Positions 35,155 through 47,198 of a stretch of DNA of 64,000 bases are shown piece after piece. Both the position numbers and the translations under genes were made by a program. The DNA comes from Cystobasidiomycetes sp. EMM_F5 (Eukaryota). The stretch is taken from the NCBI GenBank assembly GCA_051047955.1, contig JBPGPT010000012.1:248001-312000 (forward strand), written 5' to 3'. The notes beneath the pieces were generated by a model. It was not told where the DNA came from. It ran no database searches and worked only from the letters and a program-made list of their open reading frames with translations. Positions within the stretch are counted from its first letter, which is position 1. Each line of letters begins with the position of its first letter.

Positions 35155-35987
35155 ATGAGTAATCAAGTCGAAGAGGCCGTTTTGCAGCCTCAGAGAACGG
35201 TCAGCCAGGACGGAAAGACGGAATTCTATGACCACCATCCTGTCGACCATGAACCGACAAGCAATACCTTGAGACCTCGGGAGGACTCCCTACTAACTAT
35301 TCGTCTTATAAAGTTCGTCGAGCGAGCTACGCCTACTGGTACTCTGCTAAAGGCATTACTTGCGAAAATAGATCGTTCGAATATAGGACGACTAAAAACA
35401 TCATTCTGCCCCATATTGACCTCACTACGTACACACTGTTCACTGTCCCATGGATACATTATCTTTCTAACCCCTGCGTGCAGTATGACCGTCGGAGGAT
35501 TGAAATCGACAATCGAAGCTGGCTAGTTTCATTATCAGACGTAATTAATTTCCCCTGACGCCCATCTTATTGCAGAAATTAAGAAGAACGCAGCATTCAA
35601 AGTCTACCGAATTGTCAAACTCGGTTGGCTGCCTACTATGAACTTGTCCGGAGCCATTGCTAATTGTGCCGAAACCTCTCAGATACACTTAAATTGTATT
35701 CTAAAGCTCATGGTTCAAAGGTGCGTTAAGTTTGTCTTACCACGAAAGCTTGCAATCAACTTGTAGTTGAACAGACGACGAATCTTATAATCAACTTTGA
35801 GAATGAGGACTGGATACTCGATGACGACAGCGCTGTTCTGCAGAACTTGGGTATCGGTTCGTCGGACTCTGTTCACCGTACTGTACACTTACCTGACACA
35901 TACGCCGCAGAAAATGAAACGGAAATATCCTTCTTCAATCGTGAACTTTACGAGGCCTTCAAGGCTAATCCAGTGCAGAAGTGGTAA
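35155..35987 (+). CDS. AIM29: UPF0538/C2orf76 (DUF2340) family protein
   Basis: LTIRLIK|SFEYRT..|DTLKLYSKAHGSK|TTNLIINF..|ENETEISFFN..FKANPVQKW*. Six introns, one of them GC-AG. Confidence 0.92.
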
Positions 35988-36127
35988 CCTTGCAGGTGAA
36001 AGTGCTTAGTTGTTGTCGTTGTGCAATAGGCAAGAACGCAGTGAATCCCTGTCGACTGTCTCGTAATGCCTAGCTTGCTTTCATCGCTCTTCCAACCGAC
36101 CGACTCGCAAAACAACGCCAACATGAC

Positions 36128-39100
36128 ATGGCCGATGCATCTTTTCTCAACAGCAGCGCCAGCGGGCCATCAGGAGTTGCCTCATCCTATGCGTCTAGCA
36201 TATTTCCATCCGTCGATGCCTCGACTATCGCGCTTATTGACGCCGTTGTGAACCGGATACCTGAAGAGCGAAATGACTGGAAACCTATACTGTCGGCTTA
36301 CCAGGACGTGTTACAGGAGCACGGGCTGGACGTCGAGCGGGACACACATGTTTATGCGCTCCTGCTGAGGCTGGGCATGGAGCGAGGCCGCGACTGGCGC
36401 GCAAAGTGGGAAGGCGTAAAGAACCGGCAGCGAGAACAGGAAGCGCCGGCGGCACGGCACAGCGCAGTAGCTCAGCGCAAGAGCGAGAATGTAAGAGGCA
36501 TCGACGATGTCTTTACAACGCCGCACAAGCTCCCAGGCGGCCCCGTTGGCAATGCGATGACTGCAAAACAACAATCGCGTCGCTTGCCGCTGACGCGAGC
36601 GGCACTTGACGAGTTGCAAGTAACAGCGTCTCCGTACAAGGCTATCGCTCAGCAATTCCTTCAAGCAAAAGCGGAAGCCGATGCTGGTAAAGATCGTGAG
36701 CAGAGGCCAGCGGTACACTTCATTGACAACAATCCGAATCAACCTATTCGTACGGAGGTTCCCGACAAACTGCTTTCACAACTGCAACGGCTAGACATCC
36801 TTCCCACCAAGGCCAGTCTTTCGGAAAGAGAGCTTGACTTGGCCGAAGCGGTTCGCTTTGACCGTATCTCGCTTCTCGGTCGAATATGGGACGATTGGCT
36901 GTCACGAATGGCGGTACTGGAGAAGATTGATCAGCATGCTTTGCTTGCTCGGAATGCCCTGCTGCAGAGGCGAGCACTACAGCGATGGACGAGTCGGGCA
37001 ATCCTGCACAGGCGTCTCGACCTGAGTGCCGATAGAGCTGCCGAATCGAGTCTGCAGCGTCGTTTATTAATGAGATGGCGTGATAAGGTTATCAAGAAGC
37101 GGAAGGATGCATGGGAAAAGCAAATAAATTCCGCATACAGAGCCATTGTGAAGAAAAGGGATCGACACGCCAAAGTTACAGCATTGAACGTATGTTCCAA
37201 GAGCCCACCTCTGCTTTGGAGTGCTGGCTGATGTTGCGCCACTTCACTGACTTCAGAATTGGCATCTAGCTACACTGGATTCACGATCCGACCGTTTCCG
37301 GCGGTCGAAGCTGCTACATTCTTGCCTGTCCAAATGGCTGGAACGGTCGGCGTATATTGCGGAGTTGCATGCGGCAGTAGGAGCACAGGTTACGCAAAAA
37401 CAGCACGACTTGCTTATCGGCAGCTGGAGAGTATGGAAGTTGCGCACGACTCTCATCGCTCGAGAAGATGATTTCGTAAGTAAGAGAAATACAATTATAG
37501 CGGTCGACGCTCTGCGGACTTGGATGAAACGACTGTAAGTCCCGACAAAATTCAAGACTGATTCAGTTGTAACATAACAAGCCTGCCGCATTACAGTCAC
37601 GATGTAGAGCTGGCAGACTCGTGGTGGGGAATGGCTTGTACTCGGACATTCTTCCAACAATGGCAAGTCAAACTCGGTCGCGTCGAGGTGAGATTATGAC
37701 AGTCGGACTCGTACAATCATGCTAATGTACTACTGTGCGCGAATCATGTTTAGGCCCTTCAAGCGAGTGCTCTCGCATTGTCGTCGGCTCGCGATGTTGA
37801 TACCCAGGAGCGCGTTTTCAGGATCTGGCGCATCAAAGAACATGGTGCTCTTTTGACGCAGGCGCGGTCAGCGAGGCTTGTGCGAGCTGTATTTGCTCAC
37901 TGGCAGAACAAGCACAGCATCATCTCAGACATATATCAAGGTAAGCTTGATGTACGGCTAGTTGAAAAGCGATCTCACTATCATCTTGTTAGTGCAAGCT
38001 GTTGGTTTTCGTGGCCGCTGCGACAAATCTGTGTTGAAGATCGCGTTTTCCAAGTGGTACAAATGCACGTCATCCCGGAAGACTCGTCTTGTGATAGCTG
38101 CATCACTCGCAAATCGCTTATCCACTCAGCGTGCGTTTGCGACGTGGCGACGACGCATCGGCGAGTGCAAAGTAGACGAGCGCAAAGCGCAAGTTGCTCG
38201 AGACTTCTTCTCACAGAGAGCAGGTCTGCGCCAATGGGCAGAAGTCGTCAACAAGCGGAAACAAGCTCGTTGGATTGCGCAAAGGCAGAGAAGCAGCTTA
38301 CAGCATTGCTTCACTACTTGGCAGCAGCTAGCGCTAACGTCCAGAAATCGTGCCATTCTGTGCGAGGTTATCGAGTCTGCCATTGATCAGGTAGGCTGGA
38401 AATACCATATCATGTACCGCAAGCTCTAGCCTGACGACTCTCAACACGCCATAGCGAGTGCTGACGAATGCATTGAGCCAATGGATCGAGCGTACTGTCA
38501 CCCTTCGACAGCGTGCCCGTCGAGCTGGGCATGATGCCGACCGAAGCCTTGTTCGCAAGGCATTCAAGCAATGGCAAGGTCGGCTATTCCAATGTCAAGA
38601 AGACCTTTCTCTCGTAGACAGCTTTCGGGATGTCAAAGAAGAGGAAGGCACAATGCGGTACTTTCGGAAATGGCGCAACATTGCGAAAAGGAACCGACTT
38701 CTTCGGTTGCGACTGGCTGAGTATACCAGCTCTGAGAATCGGGCTTTACTTTCTGGATATTTCGAGCACTGGTTGGATCGTACCAAAGAGCAAAGTCTCG
38801 TCGTCGAGGTATGTGATTGTCTGGATTGCTGCGGGACATGCAATCTCGATCTTTGTTAATATGAATCATTAGGCCCAGCAAGTCCTGCAATATCGGCAGC
38901 AGCAAATGCTGCGCGTTTGTCTGACACGCTGGCAGAGCGCGACACTGGTGTGTTGCTGTTTGCAACTCATACAAACTTATTTGCTGACTGTACAACCTTC
39001 CGTAGGCATTGCCGGCTATTCGCTTTGATACAAACCGTTTACGACGGCTAGCTATAGACAAATGGCTGGCCGCATTGCCCCTTCGTATTGAGGCAAACAA

Positions 39101-39592
39101 GGCTGTTGAGCACGATAGGACGCGGATACTGGGTGAATATGCCTTTGATCGACATGATATGAAGCTCTTGCTGATTGCAGATGCTTGTCAGGCGTTACAT
39201 TCAGAATTTGGGAAGAGGCTAGGCGGTCGAAAGCAGCACGTCGCGCAGCCAAGTAAGTCATATCTGTCATGATTGTTTTTGACGACAAATTCACGTAATC
39301 TCGTGTCACCTTTGATGGCAGTCGCTTCCGCGCTTTTGCTACCAATCTTCACACTCCTCGCGGATATAGCATTAGCACTCAGGAGCTCGCGAGGCCTTCC
39401 TCCGGCACGCGTTCGACGGAATATTCCATACCACTCAGCTTGGTCGTTCCGAAAGCGGTTCCTCCTCTACGTGTCAATTACGTCTCTCGAACGCCCATGT
39501 CGGCCGCTCAGCTCAGGAGGGAGCTAGCAGCAGGTGACGAGAGGTCTGTCGTAGACTCCAGCAGAGCCATCAAAGATCGCCGGGGGCTTTAA
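36128..39592 (+). CDS. SFI1: Sfi1 spindle-pole-body centrin-binding repeat protein
   Basis: Many (L/F)xxW R/K-rich repeats (ALQRW, VFRIWR, AFSKWY, AFATWR, AFKQWQ, YFRKWR) across many exons. N-terminal AYQDVLQEHGLD..DTHVYALLLRL block. Confidence 0.88.
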
Positions 39593-40086
39593 TAATTCCC
39601 AATCCTTCATACACTATTCATGCATTTTTACTTCGAGTTTCTCGTAGTAGTCAGTCTGTTTCACGGCCTAGACTTCCCGGCGTTGTATCTCACGACGCGC
39701 ATTGTGTCCCTTTAAGTATTTACTGACGGAGTTTTAGTTTGCGCCGTTACATTCCATTCATCTCGAGGTCCCCCATGGGTACCCAGTAACTTGGGCAGCG
39801 GCGGCAAGAAACACGTCGGGTGACCAGGGCGCCGTACAAACTTGGTTCAAGAGGGCCGAGCGCGAGGTGGACGTTCACGGAGCAGTTGAAGCACATTGTG
39901 TACTGGCCTGCACATAGCCTGCTGTCCTGCTTGCCAGGCAGACCTGTCAACCGTCTCCGTGCCTCGATCACGCTTGCGGGCCCACGCCTGGCAGGTGATC
40001 TCGCAACAAGGGCTCGCTCAGCTTGGTGCGAGAATCGACATACAAATACTGGCTACACGACTGGTGACTCTGCACAATCTGCTGGG

Positions 40087-41947
40087 ATGGCGAGCATCAG
40101 CATGAGTGAGTTTCCGCAGTTTGCCTGGCCGTCGCCGGTTTGGTGGTCCATCTGCCCCCCTCGTGGACAGCTAGCAGCGGACAACGATTCAAACGCAACG
40201 GCCAGCTTGGGGTGGGGCTGCGACACATGCTCAGCATACAGGTCGTGTAGCTCGCATTTCGAGTTGGCAGCCGGCAGTTGCAGACTCCAGTTTACTGAAA
40301 CCGGCTGGGTCGTATTTGATGGGACCCCGTTGGCTGACCTGCCTATTCCCCTCAAAACCTCTGCCAACCTCATCACGCCTTTATATCACATCGTATGCGC
40401 TTACAGACATTGACGACCCTACGAAGATTGTCAACGTACCCGCTTCGGATGGAAGGTCGGGCGAACAACGCGACATTGCCTACACCAACTGCAAAGTCAT
40501 TGGCAATGGATCTTTCGGCGTTGTGTTTCAAGCCAGGCTGCTGAAGGGGTACACGGATCCAAGCGTCACGGACGAGCTCGTCGCGGTGAGTTCGCTACAA
40601 GTCTAGCCAGAAGGGGAACGACTTTGAGCATCCAGCTGAATCACGACCATGCCCTTCCTCTAGATCAAGAAGGTCTTGCAGGACAAGCGCTTCAAGGTGT
40701 GTTGACTCCATGTTACCGGCCATCCAACTGATCTACCATACTCACACGCTCGCCTTTCTTTTCTTGTATAGAATCGAGAGCTGCAGATCATGCGCATGGT
40801 ATCACATCCGAACGTAGTCAACTTACACGCCTTCTTCTACTCGGGCGGAGAAAAGGTGAGCTCGTCCTAGTCCCGGCATGCGGAATTGCACTATACTCAC
40901 GTCTCCGACTGTCTGTCTACTTCGACACCGTTCTTATCCCTGTATACACCCAGGCCAAGAAGGACGAGGTGTATCTGAACCTTGTTTTGGAGTTTGTGCC
41001 AGAAACCGTCTACCGCGCCTCGAGGCAGTATGCCAAAGTCAAGCAAACTATGCCGATGAGCTACATTAAGCTATACATGCAAGTCTTGTGCCATTCCTCG
41101 ATTATTACGATTGCTGACTGCCCTTGGTAACAGGTACCAACTCCTCCGTTCTCTGGCCTACATCCACTGCCTCGGCATTTGTCATCGCGACATTAAGCCA
41201 CAGAACTTGCTGCTCAACAGCGCGACTGGCATTCTCAAATTGTGTGATTTTGGTTCTGCGAAAATTTTGGTAGCTGGTGAACCAAATGTGTCGTATATCT
41301 GCTCGCGATACTATCGCGCTCCTGAGCTCATCTTTGGCGCTACAAATTACACGACCAATATTGGTGGGTGTTTTGCTGTTGCGGGAATACTGCAGTACGA
41401 ACGTGGCTGAAGACGGGCTCTGTAACGCGCAGACGTCTGGTCGACTGGTTGTGTTATGGCAGAGCTTATGCTGGGACAGCCTCTCTTCCCCGGTGAGAGC
41501 GGAATCGACCAGCTTGTGGAAATTATCAAGGTGCTCGGCACGCCTACCCGAGAGCAGATCAAGACGATGAATCCCAACTATATGGAGCACAAATTTCCCC
41601 AGATCAAGCCGCATCCCTTCAACAAGGTCTTTAGACCGCGGACCTCTGCCGATGCCATTTCCCTCATTTCGAAACTGCTCGAATACACGCCTTCTGCGCG
41701 CCTGACTGCCATTGAGGCAATGTGCCATCCGCTGTTTGACGAGCTCAAGACACCAGACGTAAAGATGCAGAGCGGTAAAGACCTGCCTCCCCTCTTTGAC
41801 TTTACAAGAGAGGAATTGTCTATCCGACCGGATCTCATGGACAAGCTTGTGCCCGAGCATGCACGCGATGCACTCCTCGCCCGCGGAATCGACGTACGAA
41901 ACTTTACGCCCATCCCTGCAGAAGATATGCGCATTACCCTGGATTGA
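40087..41947 (+). CDS. GSK3: Glycogen synthase kinase 3
   Basis: [64 protein letters not shown]. Exon 1 is 40087-40105 and intron 1 is 301 nt. Confidence 0.97.
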
Positions 41948-42628
41948 ATGATGGTCAGAAGCAAGACTACCATCAATTCTTCCAGTTTCGTTTTCAGCTG
42001 TTGCAAAATACGATGTCGTTTTTTTTTCGGGGCGGCGCGGGATGTGTACGGGCGAGGGAGGTACGGTGCACTGCAGTTGTCCGTGATCAATGCTGGCGGA
42101 GGCATGTGGCGCCTGCCATTCGCTCGTTCTGCCGAGGCTTTCCCATCCATCAAGTCACGGAAGTCACGATGTCTTCATATACGTCAATCGTGTGTCATTT
42201 CCCGTTTCCTCCCCGTCATATACCTGCTCCTGCTGTTTGAAATTCCTCTGGCTGTGCTCTCGGGATCTGGATGTGCCATGCCTATGTACAAATATCCCAT
42301 GAGAGGGACGGAATACAAGTCGACCTTACGGAATCCTTGTCGATGCCTGTCCCCTTCGTGTGAAGGCGTTACGAACTGCAGGGTCAATACTCTATATGTT
42401 TGTCGTTTTGAAATGTAATGTAGTCATCTGTTTCCTACTGCCTGCGGGCAAATGCATAGCGTTCATGTGTACTGCCGAGTCGGTTCAGCAGTAACGCCCC
42501 CTGCTTGTATATTGCTTTCGTGCCTACTTTCACCTTTGGTGGCCACCTTGCATCAGAGGTCTCTGACAGGAACCGTCTTCTTACCAAACAATTTAGACTG
42601 CAACCCTGACAATCTGCAAACCTACAGC

Positions 42629-43824
42629 ATGGCTACCAGCTCACTGTGTCCTCGTACGTTGCTGTTGGGGCTGCTTACAGCGGCCGAATGCTTTCATCAT
42701 GGACAAGCCAGCTGAGACCCGTCCTGTGACATGCGAATATACAGCATATGCGCCCTTCTTTGGGTTTGCAGGCGTAGCGTCGTCGGTGAGCATTATGTTT
42801 TCCAGTATGATCATACGATGCACGCTGACGGTATCTGCTGTCTGCCATGCTCAGATGGTCCTGAGCAGTCAGTGCTGCAATCTCAATCTACACACGAAAC
42901 AGGCAACTGACAATGGATCTTCTATCTACATCGCTTTCGATCCTCGTCCCATCATGCTCGCCAGCCGTCGGAGCTGCGTACGGTACCGCTAAAGCTGGCA
43001 TCGGTATTTCTGGGATGGGTACACAGAGGCCTGATCTCATCATGAAGGTGGGTAGCTAGTCAAGCCTGGCATACCAATAGCATTCATACTCATTCGGTGC
43101 TACCGCCATGTTTTGCAGTCGTTGATTCCAGTCGTGTACGCATTCTTGCGATAACTGGCTTGACGGCGATACTAAATTCTCATCCAATTATAGCATGGCG
43201 GGTATCATAGCTGTCTACGGGCTGGTCGTCAGTGTTCTCATCGTCGGAGGTCGTGAGTAACGTATCATTTGGCAACGTTTCGTACGAGCCCAGACTAATG
43301 ATTCTGTTGCGTGGCAGTGAGCCCGGATGAACCGTATTCACTATATGCGTGCGCAGAGCATTCTTCATCAGCATTTCTGTGCTATGCTGACGAGTAAAAC
43401 AGTGGTTTCATTCATCTGGCTGCCGGTTTATGCTGCGGTATGACGGGAATGGCTGCAGGACATGCTATCGGCCTGATTGGCGATGCAGTGAGTACTGTAA
43501 CGTGCTGAATATATGTTAGACACTCCCTGAACTCGCTCTGTTTCAAGTGCGCGAGGGCATACATGCAGCAATCGAGGGTATTTGTGGCAATGGTCCTCAT
43601 GCTCATTTTCGCAGAAGTTATTGGCTTGTATGGGTGAGCTGCACTGCTTTTTTCCGCGTCCCGTTCGCATATTGATGCGTCCATCGACGATTGCACTCGG
43701 TTCACAGCTTGATTGTGGCGTGAGTAGCCCCTCATTCTCGTCCTTTTGCGCAGGGGTCACAGCTGATTGATGACACATATGTAGACTAATCCTGAATACG
43801 AGAGCGGGCGATGCAAACTGTTAG
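42629..43824 (+). CDS. VMA11: V-ATPase V0 proteolipid subunit c'
   Basis: 11 exons reconstruct MATSSLCPPYAPFFG..AYGTAKAGIG..KSLIPVVMAGII..FIHLAAG..LIFAEVIGLYGLIVALILN*. The proton-carrying Glu is present. The c' versus c assignment comes from remembered motifs. Confidence 0.9.
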
Positions 43825-44074
43825 AGCTGCGAAATGATAGTCTTTCTGTACGAGTAAATGAAGCATTCAATCGGTACGCATAGCTTACTGGCGTGATATG
43901 CGCATTTCCGGCCGAGAGCAGCATTTGCATAAGTGATTGCTTGCTTGATATACAACAGTAGCTGGCTTTCGCAACACCGAAAGCGGGTGACAATGCGTTT
44001 AGCCTTACAACATTTTTTGAACCGGCGATCTGAAGCCAACAATCCCAGTAGGCAAGAACGGCATTGCGGTACGG

Positions 44075-45490
44075 CTACCGCTTCACGCCAGAAGGCTTCA
44101 GACGGACTTCATCCTCATTGATGGCGTGCAGCATAACTTTGTTGACATGGCCGGGCGTGTTGCCGCGATGCCCTCTCGCCCAATCGTACGACACAGCGTA
44201 TGCGAGAACGTTGCCAGAGGGGTAGTTGAAGGCGAGCGAAGTTATTGGCATACTAACATTTTGTCCGGCGACTTGCGCCTTGAGGTTATGATCTGTGATT
44301 CCACAAACAGTATGAGCACGGTAAGGACCGCTAGGCGGCAACGAAACATACTATCTAAGCGCTTTTTGTTTTGTATGTCCCAGTTGATGAAGCATCCGTC
44401 ACCTCCTGCAAAACATACAGGGTCAGCGGGCGGCTCTCTCACTGACTACTCGCGCCTTACCTCCACTTGTGCAAGAGCCATGAGTGGGATGATACGCAAG
44501 TGCATTGACTGTATATATCGTAGGCTCTTGTGATTGCTCGGGAGCCTTGCTCATGAAGCCTACTTTGGCCGGTGCGGGTGCTTCTATCCGATGACACCTG
44601 AATGTGTAATTATCGCTAGAATCGGAAAACCATGAGAAATCTGGCGAGAGTTGAGCAAAGAATTGTCCTTACACGGTATTCTGCTTGGTGAAGCTGCGAT
44701 ACTGCGGCTTTAGTACTTGGTTTGAATAATTTGCCCAATCTTGACTCACTTCACAGCTACTCGTCCCTCGATGCTGCTGATGCAGTAGGAGGAAGCATCG
44801 GGCGCAACAGCGACGCATCTTGACTGAAACTTGAGCGGACTTTCGAGCGTCTCTGCTATCGCACCAGGGTTTTGCAGATTGATGACATGGACGCGCTTTT
44901 CCGCCGTGATGGCTACGGCGAGCTGTTGTTGCACATCCAGACCGTAGCATCTTTCTTCTAGTTGGAGACTTCCCACAGGTGTAGGATTTCTCAGATCCCA
45001 GTACTGTCGATGCAGTCAGCATCTAACGTCTGCAAGCGAAACTGCAATTAACCTTTATCGTCTTGTCCCAACTTCCAGTGATGAGCAGTCCACCGTGCAA
45101 GTCTGTCCACCTGGTGCTCTTGATTGGCGCATCGTGTCGAGCTACTTGGGCAGACTGACCAGACTGCACGTCGAGCATTCGAGCGGCATTGTCGACCCCT
45201 CCGCTGATTACTTTTTGGCCATCCTTGCTCCAACACACATCCAGCACTGGCGCTTCGTGCTGGTAGCTGGCTGCACCGCGCGCTCCAATCTGACCCACAC
45301 CCCCAGGGCTGACTTCGTAGACCCGCACAGTATTGTCCCACGAAGCCACAGCCAGGTGGTTCGAAGCCGGCGACCAGGCTAGACTCGATATACTGTCAGT
45401 CGGACCCTGCGGGACCTCGTAGTCCTTGGAAACATCGCAGTCCTTTTTGGCGGCAGTCGCACTAGCTGCCGTGGTGCTGCGAAAGGCCAT
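44075..45490 (-). CDS. RAE1: WD40 mRNA export factor Rae1/Gle2
   Basis: PTDSISSLAWSP, ASWDNTVR, TGSWDKTIK, ESPLKFQSRC, SIEGRVA, FRCHR, AYAVSYDWARG. Confidence 0.95.
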
Positions 45491-45704
45491 AGTCTGTATC
45501 CGGTCAAAGAGCACTCGTGCCGGTTACCGTCAAAAAGTCAAATATACATTGCATCGGCTGACTCGAAGTACGAGGCAGAAGATAAACGCAAAGCACCGTA
45601 CAGCCGTAGTACGTATAGCGCTAATACGCGACAGTCCGGCATCGAAAACTGACAGGAAGAGCAGGTTGCCAGCTACGCTCAAAGCTGTACGCGATTTAGG
45701 CGCT

Positions 45705-46928
45705 ATGCAGGCCGTACGGAACAGCCGTAACGTCTCACAAAGCTACGGACCGATATGGTCAAGACTGCACTCCACTGCCACGTCCGTTCGTCCAGGCGTC
45801 CGGATCATCGAAGTCTCACCACGAGACGGACTTCAAAATGAAAAAGGTGTCATAGACACGGAAACAAAAGCAAGCCTAATACTAAAACTATCTCAGCATG
45901 GCTTTCGAGATATAGAAGCCGGCAGCTTCGTGTCGCCCAAAGTCAAGCAGATGGCCGATACTTCCAATGTCCTTCAACACGCTGCAACCCGAGAAGCTAG
46001 CCAGAACGCCAACTTTTCCGTACTCGTACCCAATCTCCGTGGCTTCGAAAACCTACAGAAATGCACCGCTGGAATGAACAGCAATGTTGTTGGCGAAGTT
46101 TCCATCTTTGCCGCAGCCACCGAAGCCTTCTCGAATGCCAATCTAAATGCAAGCGTGTCTGTTGCACTCGACAGGCTTGGGGAAGTTGCAGAGCAGGCGA
46201 AAAGGGCAGGCTACAGGATTAGGGGTTACGTGTCTTGCATCGTCGGTGTGAGCTCGGACCTCTTGAATCTATTTTTGGTCAAATACTGATTGCAAGGCGA
46301 GCAGTGTCCATTTGAAGGACGCGTCGATCCGATAGCGGTTCGACATGTGAGTCCGAGCATAGCATGGTTCTTGTAATGCATCTGACGACCAGAAGTGCAG
46401 ATCTCCGAAGTACTCGGCCAGATGGGTTGTTACGAGATTAGCTTGTGCGATACGATTGGCGTCGGCACGCCTAACGGAATGGAAGAAGTTCTGAACACCG
46501 TAGTCAGTACTACACCAATGGAGAAGATCGCAATGTAGGTCCATAGCGGGATCGGAGATGGATTTCAGTTAAATCACCGTTTGAGCAGACACTGCCACGA
46601 TACATTTGGTACGGCAGTAGCAAACGTACTGCATATGGCTGACCTAGGAGTCCGAAACTTCGACTCATCGATAGCTGGACTTGGCGGATGCCCATTCGCA
46701 CCGGGAGCTAGTGGGAATGTCGCGACAGAAGATGTCGTTTATGCACTGGAAACCCAGGGTTATGACACTGGACTCGGCATTGAGAGCAGCCCCTCAAATC
46801 ACTCTAGCATCGTGAGCAAGGTGGCAGAGCTTGCGAAGACGGGACTTTGGATTTCCGAAAAGTTAGGCCGCAACTATAGTGTCAACGCGGGACGAGCTGC
46901 ACTCGCCAGCCAAGCTTCTCGCTTCTAG
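45705..46928 (+). CDS. HMGCL: 3-hydroxy-3-methylglutaryl-CoA lyase
   Basis: EVSPRDGLQNE, GSFVSPK, EISLCDTIG, HCHDTFG, GLGGCPFAPGASGNVATED. Presequence-like N-terminus; ends in SRF. Confidence 0.95.
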
Positions 46929-47198
46929 TTAAGGCTGTATGGGAAGTCTACTGGCCGCATGCGAATCAAGTGCGACATCTTCGCAACCGTTGCCCCACGC
47001 TTTTGCCTTTCCCGTGGAGGATGTCAGGCGTGTCAGACAATGTCAAGCAGGTCTCGCCTATTGGTTGAAGAACATGCCTCTAGGCTTCCTTACAGGACTT
47101 GGTCCAGTGAACACCATCCTTAACAAATCCTACTTGCATTCGCGTTCCCGGGAGCAAGCGAGCCTCACTGACTCTACAATCACCATCCCAAGCTCACC

